The notes: generated by a model not told the origin, from the letters alone. A stretch of DNA of 64,000 nt from Bdellovibrionales bacterium (GCA_965203095.1 OZ241877.1:736001-800000), one strand, 5' to 3'. Numbered from the stretch's first letter, positions 29,170 to 40,131 are shown. Translations and numbers: made by a program.

Positions 29170-29735
29170 ATTTAACAGGCCATTTTAATTTCTACTATTG
29201 TAGATATCTTAACCCCTTTTCTCCTATATTTATTTAACAGGCCATTTTAATTTCTACTATTGTAGATGTTGGTGCTTTTTTTGTAGAAGTAAAAAATTTA
29301 ACAGGCCATTTTAATTTCTACTATTGTAGATGAAACAAGACTATAGTCCGTGTTAGCGGATTTAACAGGCCATTTTAATTTCTACTATTGTAGATCCGGC
29401 GGACTTAGCGTGTCCATAAGCATTTAACAGGCCATTTTAATTTCTACTATTGTAGATATGAAGATCGAGAAAAAGCCTATATTAATTTAACAGGCCATTT
29501 TAATTTCTACTATTGTAGATGACAGGGCTTAAAGGTGTTATTGGTGATTTAACAGGCCATTTTAATTTCTACTATTGTAGATATTTCATTGTCAGGCCCA
29601 TTACATTATTTAACAGGCCATTTTAATTTCTACTATTGTAGATGGTTTAGATAGTGAAACTTTAAGGAGATTTAACAGGCCATTTTAATTTCTACTATTG
29701 TAGATATCATAACTACGTCTACTACCTTAGTTTAA
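29170..29735 (+). CRISPR. Type V-A array: 9 identical 36-bp repeats ATTTAACAGGCCATTTTAATTTCTACTATTGTAGAT, 9 spacers of 24-28 bp, truncated terminal repeat
   Basis: Repeats start at 29170, 29232, 29296, 29360, 29422, 29485, 29547, 29608, 29670; the 3' AATTTCTACTATTGTAGAT is the canonical Cas12a handle; only GTTTAA remains of a 10th repeat at 29730. Confidence 0.98.
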
Positions 29736-30145
29736 TGACCTATAAGTCATTTTAGTCACGACTTTTTGGCTTTTTCTGCCATTATGGCCGGATGGCCTTC
29801 TGAATGTGGGAAAGCGGGCCGGAGGATAAAACTCAAATGTTGATTTTGAAGGATAAATTCCAAAATAGTCTTGACTTTTTTGGAATCTGATCCAAAATAG
29901 TCTTATGAAGAAAAAACTTTTTTATCGCTTAAATCAGGCTGTTTTGCTTAAGGATCTCAAACAAAAAATGGTCTTTCTGACAGGTCCTCGGCAAGTCGGA
30001 AAAACATGGCTATCTAAAAAAATAATGAAATATTATAAAAATCCAGTTTATCTAAACTACGACTCTTTTAAAGACAGAGAAATTATTGACAAGCAATCTT
30101 GGCTGAAATCCTCAGATCTTATTGTTTTTGATGAGATTCATAAAA
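29734..30145 (+). repeat. 412-bp direct duplication of 32269-32680
   Basis: Colinear at offset 2535 with 3 substitutions seen. Confidence 0.92.
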
Positions 30146-30195
30146 ATGAAGGAATTTTATTATACGGCAGAGCTTTTTTACAGACGACTAAATAA
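29905..30195 (+). pseudogene. Truncated copy of the AAA ATPase at 32440
   Basis: First 80 or so codons match 32440-33582 up to FDEIHK, then the sequence diverges and stops. Confidence 0.88.
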
Positions 30196-30217
30196 CCATG
30201 AGCCTTGTTCAAATATT

Positions 30218-31045
30218 ATGAAAGTTTTAAGCCATCTTGGTTTTGTTTTTACCTTAGCAATTGCTTTTTATATTGTTTGTGTGGGAATCATGTATATTTT
30301 CCAGAGGAAATGGATTTATTTTCCATCAAAAACTCCTCCTTCGCTAAAGAGCTTTAAAGGAATTTACACTGAAGTTCAAAGCCAAACCTCAGATAAGTTG
30401 ACACTTACCCATTGGTTTGCTAAACAGCAGGCCCCCTATATCATGATCTTTCATGGCAATGCGGGAAATATTGAAAACAGAGCTTATAAATTCCAATTTT
30501 TAGTCGATCAGGGCTATTCTGTTTTTTTAGTCAGCTACCGAGGATATGGAGGAAATCCAGGGCACCCCACAGAATCGGATCTGATTGCTGACTCGGCTCA
30601 AGCACTTGAGCAACTGATTCAACAAGAAAAAATATCTTTTAAAAATGTGTTTCTTTTAGGAGAATCATTAGGCTCTGGCGTGGCTACAGCTTTAGCCACT
30701 CAATACCCGGTAGGGGGAGTAATTTTTGACGGAGCTTATTCATCAATAGCTGATGTGGGGCAATCAAGTCATCCTTTTCTCCCTGTCCGGTGGCTGATAA
30801 AAGACAGTTGGGATTCTCTGTCACGGATTCAAAAAATAAAATCTCCCACTCTTTTTATCCACTCAAAAAGAGATCCCATATTACCTTTTCGTTTTGCTCA
30901 AAAATTATTTCAAGCCACAAACAAACCTAAACAGTATGTATGGCTGGAAAAGTCAGGCCATAACGACAATCTGTCGTCAGAATCTGTTAGAAAATCTATT
31001 TTTAACTTTTTACAATCTTTTTCTCATCTTAACGAAAAAGAATAA
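30218..31045 (+). CDS. Alpha/beta hydrolase (ABHD13/BEM46-like), membrane-anchored
   Basis: FQRKWIYFPS, FHGNAGNI, SYRGYG, GESLG nucleophile elbow, GHND; likely ATG at 30218. Confidence 0.88.
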   Translation: MKVLSHLGFVFTLAIAFYIVCVGIMYIFQRKWIYFPSKTPPSLKSFKGIYTEVQSQTSDKLTLTHWFAKQQAPYIMIFHGNAGNIENRAYKFQFLVDQGYSVFLVSYRGYGGNPGHPTESDLIADSAQALEQLIQQEKISFKNVFLLGESLGSGVATALATQYPVGGVIFDGAYSSIADVGQSSHPFLPVRWLIKDSWDSLSRIQKIKSPTLFIHSKRDPILPFRFAQKLFQATNKPKQYVWLEKSGHNDNLSSESVRKSIFNFLQSFSHLNEKE

Positions 31046-31090
31046 AGCAGAACTATCAAAAAGAATTTATCTAAAAAATAATAAAATTGT

Positions 31091-32227
31091 TTAAAACTTC
31101 ATTTTAGAAAGCCAAGGAGCGACTTTTCTTATTTCTATACCATTGGGAAATGTTTGTTCTCTTCTCAAGTTTTGAACCAGTTGAATGGCTTTAATATTTT
31201 GAAAATTCTTTAAAAAAACCTTCAATCCTTCAGAAATCTTTTTTTGAGATTTTTTAACTTCCAGCATAAGCACTGGCCGGCGATCCAAAGTGACGAAAAA
31301 ATCCACCTCTTTTTTATCCTTATTTCTTAAATAAAAAAGCTCATACTTTTCTCCTTTAGCGTCTTCCCGAAAATGAATCTCTTTTAAAAGAGCACAAGCT
31401 ATAAGATTTTCCAGCCTTACCGCTTTATCTCTTACTTGTGCAATATCATAAAAATAATACTTTGGAGCTTTAAGGAGTGAGCGAGCTACATTTTTATTCC
31501 AAGGAATCACTTTGAAAACAACATAAAGGTTTTCTAAAATTCTTAACCAATTTTGAACGGCTTTTGGCGAGCAATTTAAATCCTCTGCTAAAGAGGCATA
31601 AGAAATAGGAGAACCTACCCGATCTCTTAAAAGTTGAACAAGGGTCTCTATAGAAAAAACAGATCTGATACTTTCCATTGTGATAAGATCTTGACGCAAA
31701 ATAATATCTAAATGTGACCTTTTCCACTTTCCGTAAAAAGATATTTTAGATTTTAAAAAAGGTTCTGGGAAACCGCCAAAGTTTAATAATCTATCTAAAG
31801 CTTCTTCTCCAGGACAAATTTTTAGCCGAACAATCTCCTTAATATCAAATGGATGAAGGCGAAAATGAAAAAACCGGCCAGCCAAAGAATCTCCCATTCT
31901 TTTATAAATGTCTAAACGAGCACTTCCAGTCACTAAAATGCCGGGGGGCAAACCCTCTGTGTCATAAATTCCCTTGAGCCATAACTTCCAATCCTTTTTT
32001 TTATGTAATTCATCAAAAATAATGTATTTTTTCCCTCGATCCCATGATCTATTCATAAAAATTTTATGATTTTCCCGATCATCATAGCTCAAATAATCAA
32101 AAGAAGGACCTAAGTTTTTTGAAAGAGTGGTTTTGCCACTTTGCCGAGGGCCTGAAACAAGTAAAATTTTATGCCTCAAATCCTTTAACAAATAAGGCAA
32201 AAGGTATCGTTTAAAAGGAGCTTTCAT
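31091..32227 (-). CDS. AAA+ ATPase (AAA_14 / DUF4143 type)
   Basis: GPRQSGKT, IFDELH, VTGSA, GDSLAGR, GGFPE, EVDF..LEVK. Confidence 0.88.
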   Translation of the reverse strand: MKAPFKRYLLPYLLKDLRHKILLVSGPRQSGKTTLSKNLGPSFDYLSYDDRENHKIFMNRSWDRGKKYIIFDELHKKKDWKLWLKGIYDTEGLPPGILVTGSARLDIYKRMGDSLAGRFFHFRLHPFDIKEIVRLKICPGEEALDRLLNFGGFPEPFLKSKISFYGKWKRSHLDIILRQDLITMESIRSVFSIETLVQLLRDRVGSPISYASLAEDLNCSPKAVQNWLRILENLYVVFKVIPWNKNVARSLLKAPKYYFYDIAQVRDKAVRLENLIACALLKEIHFREDAKGEKYELFYLRNKDKKEVDFFVTLDRRPVLMLEVKKSQKKISEGLKVFLKNFQNIKAIQLVQNLRREQTFPNGIEIRKVAPWLSKMKF

Positions 32228-32262
32228 AATGCAATTTTAGCTGAGCCTTCTTATAAAATCAA

Positions 32263-32292
32263 GACTAAAATGACCTATAAGTCATTTTAGTC
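32263..32292. promoter_or_regulatory. Perfect 12-bp inverted repeat abutting the -35 box; putative operator
   Basis: GACTAAAATGAC-ctataa-GTCATTTTAGTC directly upstream of TTGATT-N17-TAAAAT-N6-ATG of the minus-strand ATPase. Confidence 0.6.
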
Positions 32293-32439
32293 ACGACTTT
32301 TTGGCTTTTTCTGCCATTATGGCCGGACGGCCTTCTGAATGTGGGAAAGCGGGCCGGAGGATAAAACTCAAATGTTGATTTTGAAGGATAAATTCCAAAA
32401 TAGTCTTGACTTTTTTGGAATCTGATCCAAAATAGTCTT

Positions 32440-33582
32440 ATGAAGAAAAAACTTTTTTATCGCTTAAATCAGGCTGTTTTGCTTAAGGATCTCAAACAAA
32501 AAATGGTCTTTCTGACAGGTCCTCGGCAAGTCGGAAAAACATGGCTATCTAAAAAAATAATGAAATATTATAAAAATCCAGTTTATTTAAACTACGACTC
32601 TTTTAAAGACAGAGAAATTATTGACAAGCAATCTTGGTTGAAATCCTCAGATCTTATTGTTTTTGATGAGATTCATAAAATGGATCAATGGAAAAACTAT
32701 CTCAAAGGAGTTTTTGACTCCCGCCCCCAGCACCAGCACATTTTAGTCACAGGGAGTGCCCGGCTAAAGCATATTGCACAATCAGGGGATTCTCTTGCAG
32801 GGCGGTTTTTTTCTCATACTCTGTTGCCTTTTTCTTTTTTTGAGTTAAGCCAAATTGGCAAAGTCTCTTTTAACAAACTTTTTAGCAGAGGAGGATTCCC
32901 TGAGCCTCTGTTAATTTCAAAGTCAGCTGATTCAGCTGAAAGATGGAGAGAGCAGTATATCTTTTCTTTATTAAGGGAGGATATTCCTGATTTTAAGAGC
33001 TTTCAAAATTATAAAAAGTTGGAAACTCTTTTACATCTTATAAGAGGAAGTGTTGGTTCTCCAATTTCTTTTAACTCCCTTTCTCAAGCTTTGAAGGTGG
33101 ATCATAAAACAATTTCAAAATATATATCTGTTTTAGAAGATCTGTTTATTGTGTTTCAAATACCGGCTTTTTCAAAAAATATTTCCCGCTCTCTCTCTAA
33201 GCCAAAGAAAATTTATTTTTACGATTTTGCTTTTATTGAAGGCAAAGGCGGGAGGCTGGAAAATTTAACAGCCTTACATTTGTTAAAACACTGTCTTTAT
33301 TTAAAGGAGAATAAGCCCTCTAAAGCTCTGAGCTTAACTTACCTCAGAACCAAAGAGAAAAAAGAAGTAGATTTCCTTTTGATAAAAAAAGGCACTCCTC
33401 ATCTTATGATTGAAGTCAAAACAAAGCCCACAGGCTTTAGCAAAAATCTTTTGTTTTTTTATGATCGGTATGAGATTGAAGGCAAGCAAGTTTGTCTCAA
33501 TTTGAGACAACCACAACAAATGAAAGGGAAAAAAGTGTTTATTGAAGATTTAGAAGGTTTTTTATTGAATTTAAAAACTTAA
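32440..33582 (+). CDS. AAA+ ATPase (AAA_14 / DUF4143 type)
   Basis: GPRQVGKT, VFDEIH, VTGSA, GDSLAGR, GGFPE, EVDFL..IEVK. Confidence 0.88.
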   Translation: MKKKLFYRLNQAVLLKDLKQKMVFLTGPRQVGKTWLSKKIMKYYKNPVYLNYDSFKDREIIDKQSWLKSSDLIVFDEIHKMDQWKNYLKGVFDSRPQHQHILVTGSARLKHIAQSGDSLAGRFFSHTLLPFSFFELSQIGKVSFNKLFSRGGFPEPLLISKSADSAERWREQYIFSLLREDIPDFKSFQNYKKLETLLHLIRGSVGSPISFNSLSQALKVDHKTISKYISVLEDLFIVFQIPAFSKNISRSLSKPKKIYFYDFAFIEGKGGRLENLTALHLLKHCLYLKENKPSKALSLTYLRTKEKKEVDFLLIKKGTPHLMIEVKTKPTGFSKNLLFFYDRYEIEGKQVCLNLRQPQQMKGKKVFIEDLEGFLLNLKT

Positions 33583-33672
33583 TGAAAGAAGTTTATTATA
33601 GTGATCTGTGAAAAAGTTTGACCAAAAGCCAGCTCTCATGAAATGGGTGTTTTTCCTGCAAGCAAGTTTTCT

Positions 33673-33697
33673 GGATTCCCGTTTTCACGGGAATGAC
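33673..33697 (-). repeat. Intergenic REP/RPE-like element
   Basis: GGATTCCCGTTTTCACGGGAATGAC, the reverse complement of the consensus. Confidence 0.8.
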
Positions 33698-33952
33698 TAA
33701 CAGACGACTATTTAACCGAAAATTTTTATTGAGCTTAATGTATTTCATAAATAATAAGGGGATGGCTTTTTTTGTCCTAAAAAAGCTTATCAAAAACTTT
33801 GGCTTGAGTCCAGACTGTAGGACATCCTTTTTAAAAAACCTGATTCCTCTAAAAGCCTTATAATAACAGGGGGATTTTAAGCTTGATAAATATGTAAAAA
33901 TGAGCTAAAAACTTTTGTAAGTGGAAAAAACAAAACAACAGGAAGGCTGATC

Positions 33953-35401
33953 ATGGCTGTCCAAATTTTTATCAATGTTCGTCCCTATCAAACCCGTGTG
34001 GCTTGTGTGGAAAGGGGCCGGCTCAAACATATCTTTTACCATCGAAGCAAATCTCCCTCCCTTGTAGGGGCTTTATATAAGGGACGTGTGGTTAAAATTG
34101 TTCGAACACTGAATCATGCCTTTGTGGATTTGGGCTTAGAGCGATCGGGTTTTCTCTACGGAAAAGACCTCTTAGGGCCTAATAAAGAGGTGTCCTCACT
34201 TTTAAAGCCAGGTAAGGAGATCTTGGTTCAAATCAAAGCGGATCCTATAAGGAGCAAAGGGGTTCGATTGAGCATGGAGATTGGCTTAGCAGGGCTTTAT
34301 GTGGTTTATTTGCCGGGGCAAAGGGCCAAAACCACTTTATCACGACAAATTATCTCTTTAAAGGAACGGGAAAGATTGGAAAACATTGTTAAAAAATTTA
34401 AAGAGCGAGGGGCTTTAATTGTCCGGACTTTTGCACAAAAACAGCCAGCAAAAGCTATTGAAAAGGATCTCTCCCAGTTAAAAGGACAATGGAAGGAGAT
34501 ACAAAAAAGATTTCAAAAACAAAAAGAGTTAGGGCAAATTTATAAAGGGGAAGATTCTCTTTTAGCCTTTTTAAGAGATGCTTTGAGTTTTAATGTTCAG
34601 CGATTTGTTGTGGACGAAAAGGAGACTTTTAAAAAAGTCACCAACTGGCTTAAAACCTTTCGCCCAGATCTGGCTGAAAAAACAGAGTTAGACAAAATGT
34701 CTAAAGGGCTTTTCTCAAGGTTTGGCTTAGAGGATCAAGCTCAAAAAAGCCGGCAAAAAAAACTGCCTCTGAGGAGTGGAGGTTTTTTGATTTTTGAGGA
34801 GCTGGAGGCTTTTTCAGTAATTGATGTCAATTCCGGCCGTTTTTCTGGCACTGGTAGAAACCTATCAAAAAGCTTTTTGCGATTGAATTTAGAAGCCGCC
34901 AAGCAAATTGCAGAGCAAGTCCAACTCCGGAACTTAGGAGGGATCATCCTTATAGATTTTATTGATATGGAATATCCAGAAGATGGGGAAAAAGTCATCT
35001 CTTGCTTAGAGCGAGGTTTTAGAGGCGACAAATCTCACACCAGGGTTTTTCCTATGGGAGAATTAGGACTGGCACAAATCACCAGAAAAAGAAGTGCCAA
35101 CTCCCTTTCTCACTTTATGACAGAAGTTTGCCTCTCTTGCCAGGGAGCAGGCAGAAAAAAAACTCTTCTTAGCCTTGTAGCCGATCTGTTTTTAAAAATT
35201 GAAAAAATGGCCCCTCCTGTTCGCCGGCTGATAGGTAAAAAACAGAAAATCCGTATCACTTGCCATCCTCAAATTAAAACTTATGTTCAAAAAGAGGAGG
35301 AAGAGACATTGAAGTTTTTTAACAAGCAATTATCCCTTTCGCTGTTGTGGAAAGAGGATCCTCAGCTACCTTTGGAAAACTTTAGGATAGAAAAGCTCTA
35401 A
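33953..35401 (+). CDS. rng: Rne/Rng family ribonuclease (RNase G-like)
   Basis: S1 domain YKGRV..AFVDLG, VIDVNSG, LRNLGGIILIDFIDM, GLAQITRKR, CxxC. Confidence 0.88.
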   Translation: MAVQIFINVRPYQTRVACVERGRLKHIFYHRSKSPSLVGALYKGRVVKIVRTLNHAFVDLGLERSGFLYGKDLLGPNKEVSSLLKPGKEILVQIKADPIRSKGVRLSMEIGLAGLYVVYLPGQRAKTTLSRQIISLKERERLENIVKKFKERGALIVRTFAQKQPAKAIEKDLSQLKGQWKEIQKRFQKQKELGQIYKGEDSLLAFLRDALSFNVQRFVVDEKETFKKVTNWLKTFRPDLAEKTELDKMSKGLFSRFGLEDQAQKSRQKKLPLRSGGFLIFEELEAFSVIDVNSGRFSGTGRNLSKSFLRLNLEAAKQIAEQVQLRNLGGIILIDFIDMEYPEDGEKVISCLERGFRGDKSHTRVFPMGELGLAQITRKRSANSLSHFMTEVCLSCQGAGRKKTLLSLVADLFLKIEKMAPPVRRLIGKKQKIRITCHPQIKTYVQKEEEETLKFFNKQLSLSLLWKEDPQLPLENFRIEKL

Positions 35402-35403
35402 TT

Positions 35404-35796
35404 TTAAAGATCCAACTCAGCAGAAAGCCATAACCTTTCTTTTTCCAGATTTTCTCTTTCCGCCGGCTTTATGTCTTCCCGCTTTAATTGCTCTAAAATG
35501 CTTTTCAACTCCTTTTCCACTGTCAGCCGGTCCAGAGTTTTTTTAGTGGCGGCAGACTCTGCTAAAATTCTCACATCCCCAGAATGCACTTCTAAATAAC
35601 CCCAACCTAAGGCCAACTTTTCCCAAGAAGAAGATTTCTCTGGTAAATATTTTAAAACTCCAGCCTCTAATAGAGTCACAAGTGAGGCGTGACCGGGAAG
35701 AATGCCCAAATAGCCTTTGACAGAGGGGGCAAGAACTTCTTGAACCGACAGGTTTTTTAAAAGCGGTTGTTCAGGAGTAAAAAGGCTGAGTTTCAT
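35404..35796 (-). CDS. atpC: ATP synthase epsilon subunit
   Basis: GYLGILPGHA, operon position. Confidence 0.93.
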   Translation of the reverse strand: MKLSLFTPEQPLLKNLSVQEVLAPSVKGYLGILPGHASLVTLLEAGVLKYLPEKSSSWEKLALGWGYLEVHSGDVRILAESAATKKTLDRLTVEKELKSILEQLKREDIKPAERENLEKERLWLSAELDL

Positions 35797-35805
35797 TTTT
35801 GCTTT

Positions 35806-37200
<1,395 letters not shown>

Positions 37201-38079
37201 TTATTTTAAAGATTCTGACCCAGCAATAATCTCCGTCAGCTCTGTTGTGATAGAGCTTTGCCGGAGTTTGTTATATTGTAAACTAAGGACATTTACAGCC
37301 TCTTTAGCATTTTTTGTTGCACTCTCCATAGCCGTCATTCGAGAGCCATGTTCCGCCGCCACATTCTCACAAAGGCAACGATAAATTTGAATGCTAAAGT
37401 ATCTTTCTAAAAGGTTTTCCATAAGTTTTTTTGGAGAGATCTCAAATAAAATATCTTTTGAAAATAGATTTTCCCTTGATGAAGACAACCTTTCTGAAGA
37501 TAAATCAAAAGGTAAAAATCTCTCGCAAACAATCCGCGGAGCTATTACAGACTTAAACTCATTGTAAATCATAAAAACCCCATGGTAATCTTTATGTAAA
37601 ACTTTATCCATAAACTCTTTTGCTATTCGAGAGGATAAAGGATAACTGGCCTCTTTAACAACATTTAAAATTAAGCCTTGAGAAGTAAAACCCCGGAATT
37701 TAAAATAATCAAAGCCTTTTTTGCCGATAAAAAACAGATCTTGAGTTTCAAACTCTTCCCGTTTTAAAAGCTCTTCTGTAAAACGACAAATATTCCCATT
37801 AAAAGCACCACAAAGCCCTCGGTCGCTTGTCATTACAACAAACAAAACCCTTTTAAAGTGCTTTTGCGATTTTTGCTCTAAAAAAGGGTGATGGACTCTC
37901 CCACTTAAAGTCACATCCTTTAAAAGCCTCTCTAAGGCTTGAGCATAATCCCTTAAATTTAAAATCCGGCTTTGAGCCGATCGCAAACGGACTGTGGAAA
38001 CCATTTTCATAGCTTGAGTCATCTGCTGAGTGTTTTTCACACTCCCTATCCGATTTTTAATTTCTTTTAACCCGGACAT
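37201..38079 (-). CDS. atpG: ATP synthase gamma subunit
   Basis: TQAMKMV, SDRGLCGAFN, RQSSITTEL. Confidence 0.98.
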   Translation of the reverse strand: MSGLKEIKNRIGSVKNTQQMTQAMKMVSTVRLRSAQSRILNLRDYAQALERLLKDVTLSGRVHHPFLEQKSQKHFKRVLFVVMTSDRGLCGAFNGNICRFTEELLKREEFETQDLFFIGKKGFDYFKFRGFTSQGLILNVVKEASYPLSSRIAKEFMDKVLHKDYHGVFMIYNEFKSVIAPRIVCERFLPFDLSSERLSSSRENLFSKDILFEISPKKLMENLLERYFSIQIYRCLCENVAAEHGSRMTAMESATKNAKEAVNVLSLQYNKLRQSSITTELTEIIAGSESLK

Positions 38080-38099
38080 AATTTTAATTTAAAAAAGGT

Positions 38100-39617
38100 T
38101 TATGCCTGCTCTTTAAAAACTGCTTGAAACTCTTGCAAGATTTCTTTGAGTTGCTTTTCTAAAGATTCGCTCAGCTTTTTTTCTTTTTTTAAAGTGGACA
38201 ACCAAAGGGAATAGCGATTTTGGACAAATTCCAAAAGCTCTTTTTCAAACTGCCCCACTTTTGAGCTGGGAATATCATCTAAATAGCCTTTTGTTCCCAC
38301 AAATATTACAAGGATTTGCTTTTCAACAGGTAATGGAGAACTTTCTAACTGTTTTAAGATCTCCACCAATCGCTCTCCGCGGGCCAACTGTTTTTTAGAG
38401 GCAGGATCCAAGTCGGAGGCAAAAGCAGAAAAAGATTCCAAAGCTCGAAATTGGGCCAAATCCAATTTTAAAGTTCCGGCCACTTGTTTCATGGCTTTAA
38501 TTTGAGCTGACCCCCCCACACGGGAGACGGACTTGCCTACATTTATAGCCGGCCGGATATTTTTATAAAACAAATCGGATTCCAAAAAAATTTGCCCGTC
38601 TGTGATGGATATGACATTTGTAGGGATGTAAGCAGAAATATCGCCAGCTTGTGTCTCCACAATGGGCAAAGCAGTTAAAGAACCTCCTCCCTTAGAGGAA
38701 TTGAGCTTAGCGGCTCTCTCCAACAAACGGGAATGAATATAAAAAATATCCCCTGGAAAAGCCTCTCGCCCTGGGGGCCTTCGTAAAAGAAGGGAGACCT
38801 GCCTATAAGCCTGGGCTTGTTTTGTCAAATCGTCATAGATGATAAGGGCATGTTGTTTTTTATCGCGAAAATACTCCGCCATAGTGACTCCACTGTAAGG
38901 AGCTAAAAATTGCAGAGGGGCTGGATCAGAGGCTGTGGCACAAATCACCGTGCTGTATTCCATAGCTCCTGCCTGCCTTAGTTTTTCCACCACTTGAGCC
39001 ACAGTGGATTTTTTTTGCCCTATGGCCACATAAAAGCACTTCACCCCCTGTCCCTTTTGATTGATAATGCTGTCTACAGCAATAGCTGTTTTTCCAGTTT
39101 GCCGATCACCAATAATAAGCTCCCTTTGCCCTCTTCCAATAGGGATCATGGAGTCAATGGCTTTTATTCCGGTTTGTAAAGGCTCGCTCACTGGCTCTCT
39201 ACTGATAATGCCAGGGGCTTTTTTTTCTAAAGGCTCAAAAGTTGTGCTTTGAATAGCACCTAAGCCGTCTATGGCTTGGCCTAAAGTATTAACCACTCGG
39301 CCCAACAGAGCCTCCCCCACAGGGACTTCAATGATCTTTTTCGTCCTATAAACTTTATCCCCCTCTTTCACATCCCTTTCTGAGCCTAAAAGTGCCAGGC
39401 TCACACTATCTCTTTCTAAATTTAAAGCTAAGGCTTTAGCCCCGCCTTCAAAAGAGACAATCTCCCCCATCATCACATTTTGTAGCCCTACAGCTCGCGA
39501 GACACCGTCCCCTACAGAGACAATTTGCCCCCACTCCGCCAGATCTAAAGATTTTTCATAGTTTTGGATTTGCTCTTTTAAAAGCCGACTGATCTCATCA
39601 GGTTGAAATAAAGACAT
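38100..39617 (-). CDS. atpA: ATP synthase alpha subunit
   Basis: [22 protein letters not shown]. Confidence 0.99.
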   Translation of the reverse strand: MSLFQPDEISRLLKEQIQNYEKSLDLAEWGQIVSVGDGVSRAVGLQNVMMGEIVSFEGGAKALALNLERDSVSLALLGSERDVKEGDKVYRTKKIIEVPVGEALLGRVVNTLGQAIDGLGAIQSTTFEPLEKKAPGIISREPVSEPLQTGIKAIDSMIPIGRGQRELIIGDRQTGKTAIAVDSIINQKGQGVKCFYVAIGQKKSTVAQVVEKLRQAGAMEYSTVICATASDPAPLQFLAPYSGVTMAEYFRDKKQHALIIYDDLTKQAQAYRQVSLLLRRPPGREAFPGDIFYIHSRLLERAAKLNSSKGGGSLTALPIVETQAGDISAYIPTNVISITDGQIFLESDLFYKNIRPAINVGKSVSRVGGSAQIKAMKQVAGTLKLDLAQFRALESFSAFASDLDPASKKQLARGERLVEILKQLESSPLPVEKQILVIFVGTKGYLDDIPSSKVGQFEKELLEFVQNRYSLWLSTLKKEKKLSESLEKQLKEILQEFQAVFKEQA

Positions 39618-39621
39618 AATT

Positions 39622-40131
39622 TTATCCTTTCCAATTAAAGCGATTCAAATGGTGCTTGACCGTGCTGTCAAAAATAAAGCCTCCCGCTTGAACACGAAAA
39701 CCACCTATAAGGCTTTTATCCTCTTTGAGTTTTAAATCAAGTTTTTTATTAAAAAATCGCCCTAAAACCTCTTTTATTTTTTGTTGGTTCTCTAAAGGAA
39801 CAGGATGGGCACTAAACAAAAAACCCCTTATAATCCCGTTTTTTTCATCCTGCAAATCCCGATAAACCGACACAATCTGTGGGAGAAGAGGGAAGGTTTT
39901 GTTGTCCATTAAAATAAAAAAAAAGTTTTTTATCACAGGAGAGCAAAATTCCATTGCCTGAGATAATACCTGCCGTTGGGCTTTATGAGGAATAGCTGGG
40001 GAGAGAAAAAACTCTAAAACCTCTTTTTGGGAGAAAATGCGAGCAAGAGACTCTAATTGAGGAGTCAGATCTTTAGAAGGATCCATTTCAAAAAGAGACT
40101 GAGCATAAATTTGAACTTTTTTATAACTCAA
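39622..40131 (-). CDS. atpH: ATP synthase delta subunit
   Basis: YAQSLF, DKSLIGG..DSTV; operon position. Confidence 0.9.
   Translation of the reverse strand: MSYKKVQIYAQSLFEMDPSKDLTPQLESLARIFSQKEVLEFFLSPAIPHKAQRQVLSQAMEFCSPVIKNFFFILMDNKTFPLLPQIVSVYRDLQDEKNGIIRGFLFSAHPVPLENQQKIKEVLGRFFNKKLDLKLKEDKSLIGGFRVQAGGFIFDSTVKHHLNRFNWKG

Noticed and set aside
30122..30217. N-terminal extension of the alpha/beta hydrolase or an ATPase-hydrolase fusion
   Set aside because: It lies in a different frame from the ATPase fragment and spans the duplication junction; ATG 30218 precedes the TM anchor.
10001..33700. Accessory region as a single prophage, ICE or transposon
   Set aside because: No integrase, transposase, phage structural gene, tRNA or bounding att repeat was seen; it looks like piecemeal accretion.
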